Source: Octopus sinensis
Lineage: Eukaryota
Assembly (NCBI RefSeq): GCF_006345805.1
Contig: NC_043000.1
Span: 26,598,001-26,662,000, forward strand
DNA length: 64,000 nucleotides
Direction of reading: 5' to 3'
Positions 1-14,070 of the stretch are shown here, piece by piece; the stretch's first letter is position 1, and each line of letters opens with the position of its first letter. The translations under genes and the position numbers were made by a program. A model generated the notes under the pieces. That model worked only from the letters and a program-made list of their open reading frames with translations. It was not told the DNA's origin and searched no databases.

Positions 1-10
1 AGTGTATAGC

Positions 11-17
11 TATATAC

Positions 18-99
<82 letters not shown>
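11..99. repeat. (TA)n microsatellite
   Basis: Directly visible dinucleotide tract; one of dozens in the window. Confidence 0.95.
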
Positions 100-102
<3 letters not shown>

Positions 103-423
103 TGTGTATGTATTTTGAAGAAGGATGATAATGTTAGTAGATCACAGAAAATAATTTATTCAAACTCAAGCTAATGTATGATTGTCAATACGTGTGTGTG
201 TGGCGCGGGGTAGTGCATGTGTGTTTGCGTGTGTTAGTGTATGTGCGTCTGTGTACGTTCGTTCGTTCGTGCGTGCATGCACGCGTACGCGCGTAGTTTT
301 AAGAGCGATAAGAATAACGTTTGTAGGTCATAATAGAAAACGATTAATTTAAAGCAACGTACATCTGATTTGGTTTTTGTATATATTTTGTAACATTCTT
401 GATGTGAATTCGTGAGTTGAAAC

Positions 424-720
424 AAATTTTATTCTCTTGGGAGAGTCATTACGCCAATAATAACAATAATACACGCACTGGTTCAATTCTACTTCTTTAT
501 TATTAGTCAATTGGTTAGATATTCAATCAATTAATTAATCAGTTGTAAGGTTTAAATAGAGACGTTACAGAAACCGTTTGACTATTTAACCAACACGTTA
601 AACAAACCATCGATTAATTAGTTCGTTAGGTATTTAACCAATTGATTTATAATAAAGAAATGGAACCGAACATGCGTGTGTTATTATAATTTGTATACTT
701 ATTCACCCAAGACACAATTT
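424..720. repeat. Imperfect foldback (inverted repeat), probably an old Penelope-like inverted terminus
   Basis: 424-540 (..tcttgggagagtcatt..acacgca..ttctttattattagtcaattggttag..taattaatc) is the reverse complement of 608-720 (gattaatta..taaccaattgatttataataaagaa..tgcgtgt..cccaaga). The gggagagt motif resembles the arm of the 46532-46821 hairpin. Confidence 0.6.
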
Positions 721-959
721 TGGGCCTTCTGCCTAGAGTAGAAAAGAATATTTATTGCTGAATAATTGTTGAGAAATCTCTGAAGCTTGGTTCAGTAAAG
801 AATGACGTCAACGAGGAAGCCTTGGGACTATGCTCTTAATGACCTTGCTGCCCTTTAGCCTCATGTCAGCCTTGATGAAGGAGACATATAAACAAAAGCT
901 TTCCATCCGTGACCATTAAGTTTTTATGATATGTATGACTATATTATCCTATTTGTTCA

Positions 960-1160
960 GTGAACTGGTAGAATCGTTAGAGCATCGGATAAAATGTTTA
1001 GCTTCATTTCGTCTGGATATTTACGTTGTGAGTTCGAATATCACAAAAGTCATCTGTTTACTTTCAGAGGTCGATAAAATAAAGTACCAGCAAAGTACTA
1101 GGAATCTAAGTGACCTCACTCTCTCCTTCAAAATTGCCGACCTTCTTCCAAAATCAGAAC
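960..1160 (+). mobile_element. Degenerate SINE family B (Meta-domain SINE) copy
   Basis: gtgaactggtagaatcgttag..gagttcgaat..tttcagaggtcgataaaataaagtaccag matches the intact copy at 38570-38808. Confidence 0.7.
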
Positions 1161-1927
1161 TATTTAAGATGTTAGGGTGTTATTGAGGCAGATTTAGCTA
1201 TTATATCTAAAGACCACATAGAGGCTTCTTCTTTCGCTCGGTAAGGATGACTTTCGCTGGACACCAACCATTTCCGGAACCAGAGTCAGTGGTATGCTGA
1301 GCGCTATATAAGGGCTTCCCATTGTTTTGCAAGTTAAACCCAACATTGCAAGGTGACAAAGTACTCAGAACGATAGCGTTTAATATATTCAAGACCAGGA
1401 CCGCATATTAATCGGCATTTTTATTTCGTTAGACGTCTAATGCACCCAACGTTAAAAACATCAATACTGTTTTTTTGATGCACAGGGTGTCTCTGAATTA
1501 TTAAATAGCGACATACTCGTTATCTAATAATTAATGAGAAAATTTAATGAGTATTTGACTGTGCCCACTCAGGATAATTATTTTACAAAAGGTATATTGG
1601 ATTAGTGAGATGAGAATTAAGTGTTTTGAGTTAGGAGAGAGAAAAAAATATAGTATCGCTAGCAAGGATATTATAACACGTCAGACGGTAGTTTGGTAGA
1701 TCATTGTCTCGGCAAGTCGCTAATCTCACAACATCTGTAACACCAACAAATCTCAGACATCTTTTATAAAATTAGCTGAATTCAATGGCGTAGATTTAAA
1801 TGAATAAGCAACACAGTATTATCAATTTTAACGATATACATACGTTATTAAGTAGGTAGCCATATATAGATAGTTCAATAGACAGAGACACTGTCAAAGG
1901 AAGAGGCATTCGCAGACAAATATAACG

Positions 1928-1932
1928 ATCTG

Positions 1933-2024
<92 letters not shown>

Positions 2025-2065
2025 CCTACCTACATACCTACCTATCTACCTACCTACATACCTAC

Positions 2066-2120
<55 letters not shown>

Positions 2121-2133
2121 CCTACCTACCTAC

Positions 2134-2172
<39 letters not shown>
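1928..2172. repeat. (TATC)n/(TACC)n compound microsatellite
   Basis: Directly visible. Confidence 0.95.
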
Positions 2173-2175
<3 letters not shown>

Positions 2176-2314
2176 CCTTGTCTCCCTCTACGTGTACATT
2201 AATACTTGTGAATGTGCATCTAGGTACATAGGTATATACATACATATATACACGCACACATACACACATATATATATATATATATATATTGTGTGTGTAT
2301 ATATATATTGTATA

Positions 2315-2469
2315 GGCGCGGAAGTGGCTGTGCGGTAAGAAGCTTGCTTACCAACCACATGGTTCCGACTTGAGTCTCACTGAAACAAGTAAAAGAGTAT
2401 ATATATATATAAATGTAAGTGTATGTAGTTTATATATATATCTATATTCATACATGTGTATGTGTGTCC

Positions 2470-2501
<32 letters not shown>

Positions 2502-2535
2502 ATATGTAGTGTGCCCGTAAGAAATGCATATATAT

Positions 2536-2581
<46 letters not shown>

Positions 2582-2770
2582 GTATGTGTTTGTCTTTGTG
2601 TTAGTTCCACACCTCCGGTGTTAGTTTGATTATGGCCAATATAATTTAGTGTTTCGGCAAATGAGACAGAAAGAGTAGGTATCCGCTTTAAAAATCAGTA
2701 CTGGCGTTGATTGGTTCGATTAAACCATTCAAGGTGTTGCCTCAGCTTCGTTGCAGCCGAAACAAGTAAA
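2315..2770 (+). mobile_element. Degenerate/rearranged SINE family A (tRNA-derived CORE-type SINE)
   Basis: Head ggcgcggaagtggctgtgcggtaagaagcttgcttaccaaccacatggttcc plus diverged body and tail; matches the copies at 15298 and 53390. Confidence 0.7.
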
Positions 2771-2934
2771 ACACACACACACACACACACACACCACACA
2801 CACACACACATACATACATACACACGCACACACACTCTTACACACAAACGCATATATATGGTGGCAGAGGAGAGGGACAGAAAAACAGGGGGATTAAGAA
2901 TTGATAGCTGTAGATATACCACCAGAAGCTGTAT

Positions 2935-2979
2935 GATAACAACAACAACAACAATAATAATAATAATAATAATAATAAC

Positions 2980-3011
<32 letters not shown>

Positions 3012-3016
3012 TAATG

Positions 3017-3092
<76 letters not shown>

Positions 3093-3313
3093 TATAATAA
3101 AAAAATATTCAGACAAATACATAACAAAAACACCAGGACTTACAAACACATATAACATACAGAAAATTGCACTACTAGGCACTGCACACATTCTACGCAG
3201 AACACTTTCCATACAATAACCATCAGAGCATTACAACAAATCACAGCACATACCTAAGGCACACAGAGCTGCGCTCGGTAGTGAAGTGAAAGCACGCTAT
3301 AAAAATAAAACTA

Positions 3314-3350
<37 letters not shown>

Positions 3351-3372
3351 TAATAATAATAATAATATGATC

Positions 3373-3405
<33 letters not shown>

Positions 3406-3536
3406 TAATAATAATAATAATAATAACAATAATAATAATAATAATGATCATATAATAATAATATAATAATAATATAACAATAATAATAATAATAACAATA
3501 ATAATAATAATAACAATAATAATAATAATAATGATC

Positions 3537-3579
<43 letters not shown>

Positions 3580-3600
3580 TAATAATAATAATAATGATCA
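2935..3600. repeat. (AAT)n microsatellite field hosting retroelement insertions
   Basis: Directly visible; interrupted at 3094-3316 and followed by the insert at 3604-4090. Confidence 0.95.
3094..3316 (+). mobile_element. 5'-truncated R4/Dong-type non-LTR retrotransposon (ORF C-terminus + 3' UTR) in (TAA)n
   Basis: 3094-3219 translates IIKKYSDKYITKTPGLTNTYNIQKIALLGTAHILRRTLSIQ*. QKxxLLGTAHILR is the typical C-terminus of R4/Dong RLE proteins. Flanked on both sides by TAA repeats, the known Dong target. Confidence 0.85.
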
Positions 3601-3603
3601 TCA

Positions 3604-4090
3604 TGTACATTGTTTTGTCTTGGTATAAAAGATGGCTACAGCAAATATTCTGCTCAATACCACAGATTTGCTTGTCAGTTGTTTGACCTTAACCAGTTGA
3701 GCATGTCCCTTAGTGGCTGACGATATGTGCATCTCTGATCACGAGCAGAAGTAGTGGGGGAGCATCATAGCCATGTGTTGAGAGGGATTCGTTGGGGTTT
3801 GAATATTTCACCTCTGGAAACATGGGTGGTTCTTTCAACATCCTTAAACAACCCTTATTCAGGGACCGTTTGAGCGGGATGGGCTACTCAACCTGAAGGA
3901 AATTCTAACTGGGCCCCACCTGCAAGGTCATGTGCTGTTTATCTTGATATGAGATCACCATGTCGCGCACATATGGTTGTGATGCATGTGCCTGGTGTAC
4001 CTTTATCAGACGGGTAGTCATGATGGGTATATTGGGCTTCGTATATTTTACCCCAGTGTCACTTTGATGGCATGAACTGCTCTCTCACTC
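3604..4090. mobile_element. Unclassified ~490 bp element embedded in (TAA)n, possibly the UTR of a second Dong-like family
   Basis: Complex, GC-richer sequence bounded sharply by AAT repeats on both sides; no ORF recognised. Confidence 0.4.
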
Positions 4091-4125
<35 letters not shown>

Positions 4126-4788
4126 TCATAATAATAATAATAATAATAGTGATGGTAGCGGCAGGAATACATAAATAAATAAGAGAAAGAAGCGAGGCTA
4201 AATAACGGTTGTGCGTGTGTGTGAGTGCGCTTAAATAATGTGCGTGTGTATGCGTGTGTATATGTGTGTATGTGTGTATATCTGTGTATGCCTGTGTTAC
4301 ATACTCATTTGCATATGTTTGTTTATGCATGTGTTTCTAATTCTGTGTATAAGACCAAATAGAAACCGAATGAAATGATTGTCCATACACACACGCACAC
4401 AAACACACAGAGGCACACACACACACAGGCACATATACACCAACACACACACACCAACACACACACACATGTACTAGTGAACCGGAAGAAGCCCGTTCAC
4501 ACATATACAGACTTGAGACTTGCACGAACACAGACACACGAACGCACGCAAAAACATATGCAAATACACACAGACACAGACACACACACACACACAGACA
4601 CACAGACACACAGATACACACACCACACACACACAAGGGATAGAGTACAAATAAACAACAAAAAAAACAAAAAATCGTACAGCTTTTTATTCACCATAAA
4701 GCTTTTATAAAATCGCAGTATTCCCTTAAAACGGTTGGTGACTAATTTGCAGGTAGTGCGCAGTTGTATGATAAAAGTCACACCTTCT

Positions 4789-4824
<36 letters not shown>

Positions 4825-4979
4825 CCACACTCTCGCCTCTCTTCCTTCTGCTCTCTGTTTCTCGTGTATATGTGTTTGTGTGTATGTATGTATCTGTGTA
4901 TATGTGCGTGTATGTATGTATGTAAGCATGTATCTATCTTTCTATCTGTCTATCTATCTATCTATCTATCTCTCTCTCC

Positions 4980-5051
<72 letters not shown>

Positions 5052-6304
5052 TCTATATAATCTGCGTTCTATGTATAATCAAATGATGCACTTATAGATA
5101 TAAGTACACATGCACATACATATACATACACATGCATACATTCACAGATATACATACATACATATATGCGTACATACACATATATATTATATACATGTAT
5201 ATGTACATATATATATATATGTGTACATATATATATATGACTATACAAGTATGCATCTGTATATGTATGTGGGTCTATATATATATGTATGTGTGTTTGT
5301 GTGTGTGTACACACATACATGAATTATATACATATTCATGTGTGTGTATACATATGCATACTTACGTATGTGTGCGCGTATGTATGCTGTGTGTTTGTGT
5401 GTATGAGAGAAGACGTGTCGGTCTGTTATAGTTGTAATAATGAATAGTCCAATAATTTTCTTTATTTTAAATTTGTACAGGCTGTTACTAGGTTCAGTGG
5501 CAGAGTATATTTATGGTGTTTAAATGGTGTAAGATGAGATTGAAGTCAACGGTGGACATGTAGGGACGATGTGTGGAGGGAGCCTGAAGAGGAAAGAGAG
5601 ATAAATAAGTACAGGTTGTATTGGTTAGTTGGAAAATCGTTAAAATCGATGCATATTGCATACTTAAAGGATGAAGAGGTCTGAAGACGAAGGATCAAGA
5701 CTTAATTTATAGCGAGACGCACGCTTGTACGCACAGATATGGTGAATGTTCTGGAATGGCTTGAAGATTTAGTGGATATATGTAGCGTGCCTATGAGTGT
5801 GTGAGTGTGTACGTTTATGTGTATGTGTGTATGTGCGTGTGTGTGTATGTGTGTGTTGTGGTGGGTGGCTAAGGCTAGAAGGATTACTTACGCATTTCGT
5901 TGAATTTTGATAGCGAACAAATGATGATGGCTGCTTTGTAAATGGTATAGGAAAAGTAGTTAATGGTAAACCAGGGAAAATAAATGTGAAGAGTGCGCAA
6001 GCACTTGCACATATGCGCACGCAAGCGCATACACACGCAAGCACACAAATACACACCTTACATTCCACAAACATATACTAAAGATACACACACAAAAACA
6101 TAAATCTAAATATAAACATATATAATTTAAGAAAACACAGTGCATTCACATACATACACATACTTATATACGCATGTACAAACAGGCTATCTTAAAGGTA
6201 GTTGTATGGTAATGACAACGGTTTGGTTATACAAATATTATTTAGCGTGTATTTTTGCATGAAAAAAAAGGAGTAAAAGGGGAATGCATGGAGTCTGATG
6301 AGTA

Positions 6305-6680
6305 AAAGCAGAACGGGGCGCCACTGCATAGTGCCAAATATCCGAACATCACCATCAAAATACAGGACCAGATACTGCAACAGCTTGGGTTTCAGGGGAC
6401 CACTGCTCTTCAATATCGTTCCTAAATGCCTGAGAGACCTGCATGGTGTAGATGTGGCTTTCTTTAAAACTAAACTGGATCTCTTCTTGCCAGGGGTTCC
6501 AGATGAAGCTACCTCTCGGCAGAAAACACAGATGCGGACAGCGGCGTCGAACTCCCTTGTTGACTAAGTGCCACGTATCAGAGCTGATTTCACATACTAG
6601 TGTAGCTCATTCAACGGTGGTGCTCCAGCATGGCCGCAGCTTTCGGGCTGAAACATTATTAAGGATTTAAGGATTTAAGA
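6305..6680 (+). mobile_element. CR1-group LINE 3' end (ORF2 C-terminus, 3' UTR, short tandem tail)
   Basis: ORF 6298-6567 RTGRHCIVP..YCNSLGFRGPLLFNIVPKCLRDL..FKTKLDLFL..VPDE; tail ggtgctccagcatggccgcagc..gctgaaac followed by (aaggattt)2. Homologous to 37445-37990 and 14530-14893. Confidence 0.85.
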
Positions 6681-7286
6681 GTTGAAGAGGATTGATGTAG
6701 AAGATATTTCTTTGGCTAGTTGTGTTAATAGTTGTTGTTTAGCTCCTGATTCACGTATATGTACAGGGAAGTACACTGTTCGAAATCGATATGTTATTAA
6801 TACCATTAGGAATAAATAGCTAATCAGTACTTTCCAATAAAATGAGTGGACAGCCTTCTTTCTCACATCACCATAGCACCATCGTTGTCCAAACAGCCAG
6901 TAATTTATTCCTCAATAAAAGAGAAATTTTTCTTAAAACAATGGCGTCTGATCTCCAAATTACTAACTCCTTACTTTCACAATCCATTTCGTGAGAACCC
7001 CTTATCAACAAAATAAAAAAAAAGAAAAAAGCCTGCAACCTTTATTGAGTGCAAGTCGGTAGTGATCATTTCCAAAGACTCTGAAAAAATATGAAGATGG
7101 AATCCATCGCGAAAATCCATTGGGAAATCGGATGCTACTCTCTGTCATAAAACTCTACGAAAGATCTCTTCGTTCTAACGGATTAGAAATACTAAGTTCT
7201 GAACCTCCGATATTTTCCTAATAGTTTCGACAATCTTTAGATAATTGAACAAATGAGCAAATAGTTGAGCAAAATAAGCGTTACAA

Positions 7287-7343
<57 letters not shown>

Positions 7344-7374
7344 GTTGCTACCACCACCACCTGTTAAATTACCG

Positions 7375-7515
7375 GTACATCTCACTTTTGTCAGCTGAAT
7401 GGACTGGAGTAACTTGAAGTAAAGTGTCTTGCTCAAGGACACAACGTGCTGCCTGGAAACGAACTCATGGCCTAAAGATCGTAAGCCGAATATCCCAGTC
7501 ACCGAGTTACGCGGA
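7375..7515 (-). mobile_element. SINE family C 5' fragment
   Basis: tggactggag..aaagtgtcttgctcaaggacacaacg..gaactc..agccgaat matches 42510-42648. Confidence 0.75.
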
Positions 7516-8009
7516 ATCTATAAGTTCAGTTTAACCAATCAGATTTGGCTTGGGGCTAAACAGCAATAACTGCACCACCACCACCACCACCACCACCACC
7601 ACCACTACCACAAACAATAACAACAACATCGACAATTACAACAAATGGAACAATTGTAAAGAACAGCGCCAGCAAAAATAACAACCTCAGAATCAACACC
7701 AGCGGTAACAGCAGTAGCAGCAGCAGCAAGAAACTAAGAACAACAGGAACAACAACATCAGCAAGATTTTCATGGACATCAACAAGATTTTCATCGAAAA
7801 TTCGAAAATTTTGATTTAGATATGAAACCTTATTTACAGACAGTTCGTAGGTTGATAAGAACCGAGAGGCGGCTGGGTGGGCGTGGTGGGTGGGCGTATG
7901 AGCGCGGGGATGGAAGGGGAGAGGGGTAGCTAAAAACAGGTGGGGGGGGTGGGTGGCTTAGAGGATCGGTATTGAAAAGGTTAAGTTGTTCTTGTTCAAA
8001 AACAATCGG

Positions 8010-8712
<703 letters not shown>

Positions 8713-9962
8713 ATAAACAAGGACAGCAAAAGAAGTCGAAATGATGCTAACAGTTATATTATTGCTCCTCTTTCCAAAATATGACACATCCTGTTGTCAC
8801 ACAGACATGCGCAATGTCTCATCATAATGTTTGTTTCTTTTTCTGTTTGTTCGTTCGTTTTTTTTTTCCCTCGTGATGTGATGATTGTTGGTTTTGTTCT
8901 TGATTTATATTTTTTATTTATTTATTTGTTATCATTATATTTTTAAAATATTGAGTTGATGTTTTTCATTTTCAGTTTCAGCCAACAAAAATGACGTGAC
9001 TGCAAAATCAAGTAGAAAATTTCTGAACATCAATATATATTTTTCAGTATAATCAAATCTCTAATGAGATTTAGTTATGTTTGTTTTATATATCTGTGTG
9101 CATGTGTGTATGTACATTTATACACACTCATACATACCCCACCACACACACAAACGTGTGTGTTCCGTATTACTCTTCAGTATTGGTTTGTTATTGACCA
9201 GAAGAAAAGATACAGATGGCTGTGTGGAAAAGATGTCGGTTTTTTTTTAAGATCCACGTTTGTATCATGTTCTTAACTTTTGATTCTATTTTTGACCTCA
9301 AACATGAATTTCAACAAACCAGAATAACAAAATATAATAGTTTCAATAAAACAAGCTATGGCTCACCGCTGTATACATTGATATTTTTGGCAGACATACA
9401 AAATGAAACCGTGGAGCTATCTTTATTAAATTTTTTGCGAGAGTTTTAGCTTCCATGTTAAGGAAGTTGAAAACTTAAAGATGAAGGGATCAATTACGAC
9501 ATCTAATGGAAAATCCTTTCCAAAACCAGCCCCTATATTAATTGGTCCAAAACATGTTCAATATGTTCTCTTGAAAAACTATTCCTCTTAAAGAACTAGA
9601 GAGTCTCCAACAGCTACGTAAATTCCATGAACGAGACTTTTTCAGTATGTTCACACATTAAGAAATACATCTTGTCGGAATTTAAAAATAGGCCACCAGA
9701 TACATCGTAAACCGATAATATCTTGTTAACGTTATTTAGACTTTTGTTAATTGTAACGGTAGTTATGTCCATTTCTAGTTTTCTTTTTGCCTTCTTCCTC
9801 ATGAGTGTCTGTTATTCAAACGTTAGCTGCTTAAGTCTCGTTCTAGGAATTGTTCATGAGCGTCCCTTATTCAAAGGAACTGGCAAACGGTCTTGTCCTC
9901 AGCTTAAAAAATGGCGACCAGGAAACCTTGGGTAGCTGTATATTTGTGGTTTTTATTATAAC

Positions 9963-9995
<33 letters not shown>

Positions 9996-10130
9996 ACGTA
10001 CATACAAACACAATCTCACACACATGCATATATATATATATATATATAATATAATATATATATATATATTATATATATATGTATGTATGTATGTAGTATG
10101 TATGTATGTATGTATGTTATATAATATATA

Positions 10131-10174
<44 letters not shown>

Positions 10175-10335
10175 ATAGAAAAATCGCATTCATCTAATAA
10201 ATAATATAAGTTTTGTTGTTTTTAATACTTGCGACACCTGGTGTCGAGGTATTTTGAAAATGATAGTAATGACGCTGCTGCTATTGGTCAGGCTGGCGAG
10301 GTTGGTGATGGGAAGGATGTTGCTACGGATTTCTT

Positions 10336-10370
<35 letters not shown>

Positions 10371-11099
10371 AGTAATAATAAAGAACGGCAATATTATTCT
10401 GTAACAATATAAAGACCATTACAGTCAGATCAGCGCACTAAATCGATTTACAAACAAAGCATAGAAACATCTCAAGATGAAGATGAAAGTCCTTTGCTGT
10501 CCTAAAGATGAAAGTCCTTTATGTTGGTGTCTTGTTATGTGAATATTCTCTATATTCCATATAATGTCTGGTCATGTTCTTCAACTTGATAAATCAATGA
10601 ACGAGAAAGAAAAAAAGATCTATAATAATAGTGTAGCTCGCACTTAAAAGAAGATGTATCTTTAAAAAATACTCAAGATATTATCGCGAATGCCAAGTAT
10701 TTCGTGTCAAGTATTGCTGTTCTGAAACCTATGTAAAGACCTAATTTTTGTCAAAGATCTGGGTTAATCGATTAAATAGCAGGTTAATCGATTAAACCAA
10801 TGGCATTATATTACTAGGTTTTATTTTATCGAAGCCCTATAGATATATAAAAATATACTAATAATGTTTTGTGGCGTTTGAAGGGTGTTTAGAAGTGAAT
10901 GAAGAAAACCAAGCGACAAAGGTTTATAGTATAAGTTTATCGATCGACCGGTTCTTTTCGAAATTGTATTGCACCGAAAAATATATGCAGTCAAGGTATT
11001 AGAGAGCTCATTCTGTAAAGGTTTGGTATTTATCGTTTCTTTCCAATGGTATTTGAATTTATACGAAGAATATTTTTATCATAGTGTTTTATGTTTTTT

Positions 11100-11325
11100 A
11101 TTCTTATATTCTTTTACTTGTTTCAGGCAATTGATTGCAGCCATGCTGAAGCACCGCCTTTTATTCGAAGAAATCGACCCCAGGACTTATTCTTTGTAAA
11201 CCTGGTACTTATTCTATCGGTCTCTTTTGCCGCACCGCAAATTTACGGAGACGTGAAGGCACCAGCATCGGTTGTCAAGCGATGTCAGTGGGGACAACCA
11301 CAGACACAAAGACACACATACACAC

Positions 11326-11369
<44 letters not shown>

Positions 11370-11565
11370 ACACACACGCACACGCACACACACACATATA
11401 TATATGACGGTCTTCTTTTCAGTTTCCGGCTACCAAATCTTCTGACAAGGCTTTAGGCGGCCCGAGGCTAGAGTAGAAGACACATGACCAAAGAGCCACG
11501 CAGTGAGACTGAACACGGAACCATGTGGTTGGGAAGCAAGCGTCTTACCACGCTGCCACTCCTGT
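11100..11565 (-). mobile_element. Full-length SINE family A with internal (CA)n
   Basis: Reverse complement of the 15298-15722 element, including head, CORE-like block and tail. Confidence 0.85.
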
Positions 11566-11634
11566 AGCTCCGTACATCATGAATAACCATTTATTTATCG
11601 TTTTTGCAATTTTCATGCACATGATGATAGAGTG

Positions 11635-11920
11635 CCAACTTCTTGAACACGACAATGCTCGTCCACATGTGGCTAATATGACGAAAAATACTATCCAAGA
11701 CCTCGGTGGGGAAGTTCTACCGCACTCATTGTATTCTCCTGCTATAACACCATCAAATTTTTACTTATAGTCGCTCTCCTACAGTCTGCGAGGTTTGTTC
11801 AACAACGAACTGGAGCTGAAAACGTAACTGAATAAATTCTTCGAGTTAAGACAGTAATTTCTATTGTCGAAGAATTTGACAAATTAGCAATGAAGAGGAG
11901 TATACTATTGACTGGTTTGT
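11635..11920 (+). pseudogene. mariner transposase C-terminal fragment
   Basis: LLEHDNARPHVANMTKNTIQDLGGEVLPHSLYSPAITPSNFYL matches the mariner HDNARPH..EVLPHPPYSPDLAPSDY motif. Confidence 0.85.
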
Positions 11921-12194
11921 TAAAATCGTTGATGAAATAATAGGAAATACGGGAAGAAAACGCGATTTAGTTTAGAATGGCAAACATCCTTTAACTCCGA
12001 GGATTTAATTCAGTGCTTTTCAAATTTTTTTTTAAAACTACGCCCCATTTTCTTATACCAGCAACTTTTCAACGCCGTTTGGTACGATTCAACGAAATTA
12101 AATATAGCACAAAAAAGGGGGCTGCTGATAGTTTCATTGCCAATAACACATTTGGAATGTAAAAAAACCTTTAGATCACTAATATTTATTTGAA

Positions 12195-13022
12195 TTTTGG
12201 CACAAGACCAGCAATTTCCGGGACCAGGGTTAGTCGATTAAATTGACCTACATACTCAACTGGTACTTATTTAATTGACCCCAAAATGAGGAAAGGCAGA
12301 GTCGACGTCGGCAGAATTTGAACTCAGAACGTGAAGACGGACTAAATGACGCCAAACATTTCACCGGGCGTGCTAACAATTCTTTTCTACTCAAGGTAAA
12401 AGTCCCGAAATTTTGGTGGAGGGAACCAGTCGATTAGATCGACTCCATTACGCAACTGATATATTTAATTTTATCGATTCCGAAAGGATGAACGGTAAAG
12501 TCAACTTCGGCGGAATTTGAACTCAAAACGTGAAATACCGCTAAGCATTTCGCCCGGCGTGCTAACGTTTCTTATTTCTTTACTGCCCACTAGGGGCTAC
12601 ACAGAGAGGTGACAAACAAGGACAGATAAACGGATTAAGCCGATTATATCGACCCCAGTGCGTAACTGGTACTAATTTAATCGATCCCGAAAGGATGAAA
12701 GGCAAAGTGGACCTCGGCGGAATTTGAACTCAGAACGTAGCGGCTGACGAAATACCTCTAAGAATTTCGCCCGGCGTGATAACGTTTCTTATTTCTTTAG
12801 TGCCCACAAGGGGCTACACACAGAGGGGACATACAAGGACAGACAAACGGATTAAGTCTATTACATCGAGCCCAGTGCATAACTGGTACTTAATTTATCA
12901 ACTCCCGAAAGGATGAAAGGCAAATCGACCTCGGCGGAATTTGAACTAAGAGTGTAACGGCATACGAAATACCGCTAAGTATTTCGCTCGGCGTGCTAAC
13001 GTTTCTGCCAGCTCACCGCCTT
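12195..13022 (-). mobile_element. Head-to-tail concatemer of four SINE B units
   Basis: Four repeats of cgaaaggatgaaaggcaaagtcgacctcggcggaatttgaactcagaacg; only one complete head (ctgccagctcaccgcctt at about 13005-13022). Confidence 0.9.
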
Positions 13023-13049
13023 ATTTAGACCACTAGCATTTCAAGACGG

Positions 13050-13235
13050 TTTTAGGCAGCGAGCAGGCAAAAAATGCTTAGCGGCATTTCTTTTTACTTT
13101 ACCTTCTGAGTTCAGCCTTGCCTTTCGTCCTTTCGAGGTCGATAAAAATAAGAACCATTTGAACACCGGGGTCGATGTAATCGACCATTCTCCTCCTCCA
13201 AAATTTCTGGCCTTGTGCCCAAATTGGAAACCAAT
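13050..13235 (+). mobile_element. SINE B copy (old tail type), head-to-head with the array
   Basis: aggcagcgagcaggc..gcctttcgtcctttcgaggtcgataaaataag..aaatttctggccttgtgcc. Confidence 0.8.
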
Positions 13236-13850
13236 TTTACAATAAGATCCGCGCACACTAAAATTGAAAACCTATTTGCAAACATCTATTGACCCTCACC
13301 ACTCCTTTTGTTTTCAACACCCATATTAAAATTTCCACCACCCAACTCCGGGTCAGATTGCAATGTTCTTGACAATTGTTAATATTTCAACAATTAATTC
13401 ATGTGAAAGATTTGTAGCGAATTTTTTTTTTTTATGAGCTTCAAGTTTCTTATGTAGCAATGGAAATTTTCAGATAAAATTAACCATTCTGTATTGAGAG
13501 ACTTTACCTTTCGAGCAGATAAAATAAATGTACCGCAATTTGTACAGAATAGATACATTACAGACATGTGTGACAAATCTAAATTTGAGAGCTCCACGAA
13601 GAACTCACTATTCTAGTCTTAGGTAGATATAAAAATAACACACGCACAAATACACTCGCATACATACATAAAAACATACAGGTGCACATACATATAAATA
13701 CAACCACTTAAGATAGATTGATGAGTTTATACATTTCAACTTAAAGAAAATAAATGGCTACCGACAAAGATATCTACATTCCATAATACGTGCACGTACG
13801 GGTGCATATTCATACATATATGGCTATATGTATGTATGTATATATATATA

Positions 13851-13900
<50 letters not shown>

Positions 13901-14018
13901 GAGTGAACAAATGAAGCGAAGTACAATTCAGCATATTTAACTGGAATTATATATATTTAATATAATTTTGACTCAGCTCTTCATTAATCAAAGCGAGCGT
14001 ATAACACAAGCAGGGAAC

Positions 14019-14070
14019 AAGCATCTGATGATATGGACGTGTTGCACATCGATGAAGTACCGTAAAGCTA
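14019..14070 (+). ncRNA. Degenerate type I hammerhead-ribozyme-like motif (Penelope-type)
   Basis: agcat-CTGATGA-t-atggacgtg-ttg-cacatcgat-GAAG-tacc-GTA-aagct: intact CUGAUGA core, imperfect stem II, GAAA mutated to GAAG, helix I agc/gct. Confidence 0.5.

Larger units (their letters stand above)
12011..13278. mobile_element. Probable old hAT-type MITE split by SINE B insertions
   Basis: Left end cagtgcttttcaaatttttt..gccccatttt and right end ..gcacactaaaattgaaaacctatttg resemble CAGTG(T)TTTTCAAA-type TIRs; degenerate. Confidence 0.35.

Noticed and set aside
7040-7082. Possible 41 bp minus-strand micro-exon after ttttttcAG
   Set aside because: Poor donor (GTTGCA), and joining it to the other candidate exons creates stop codons.
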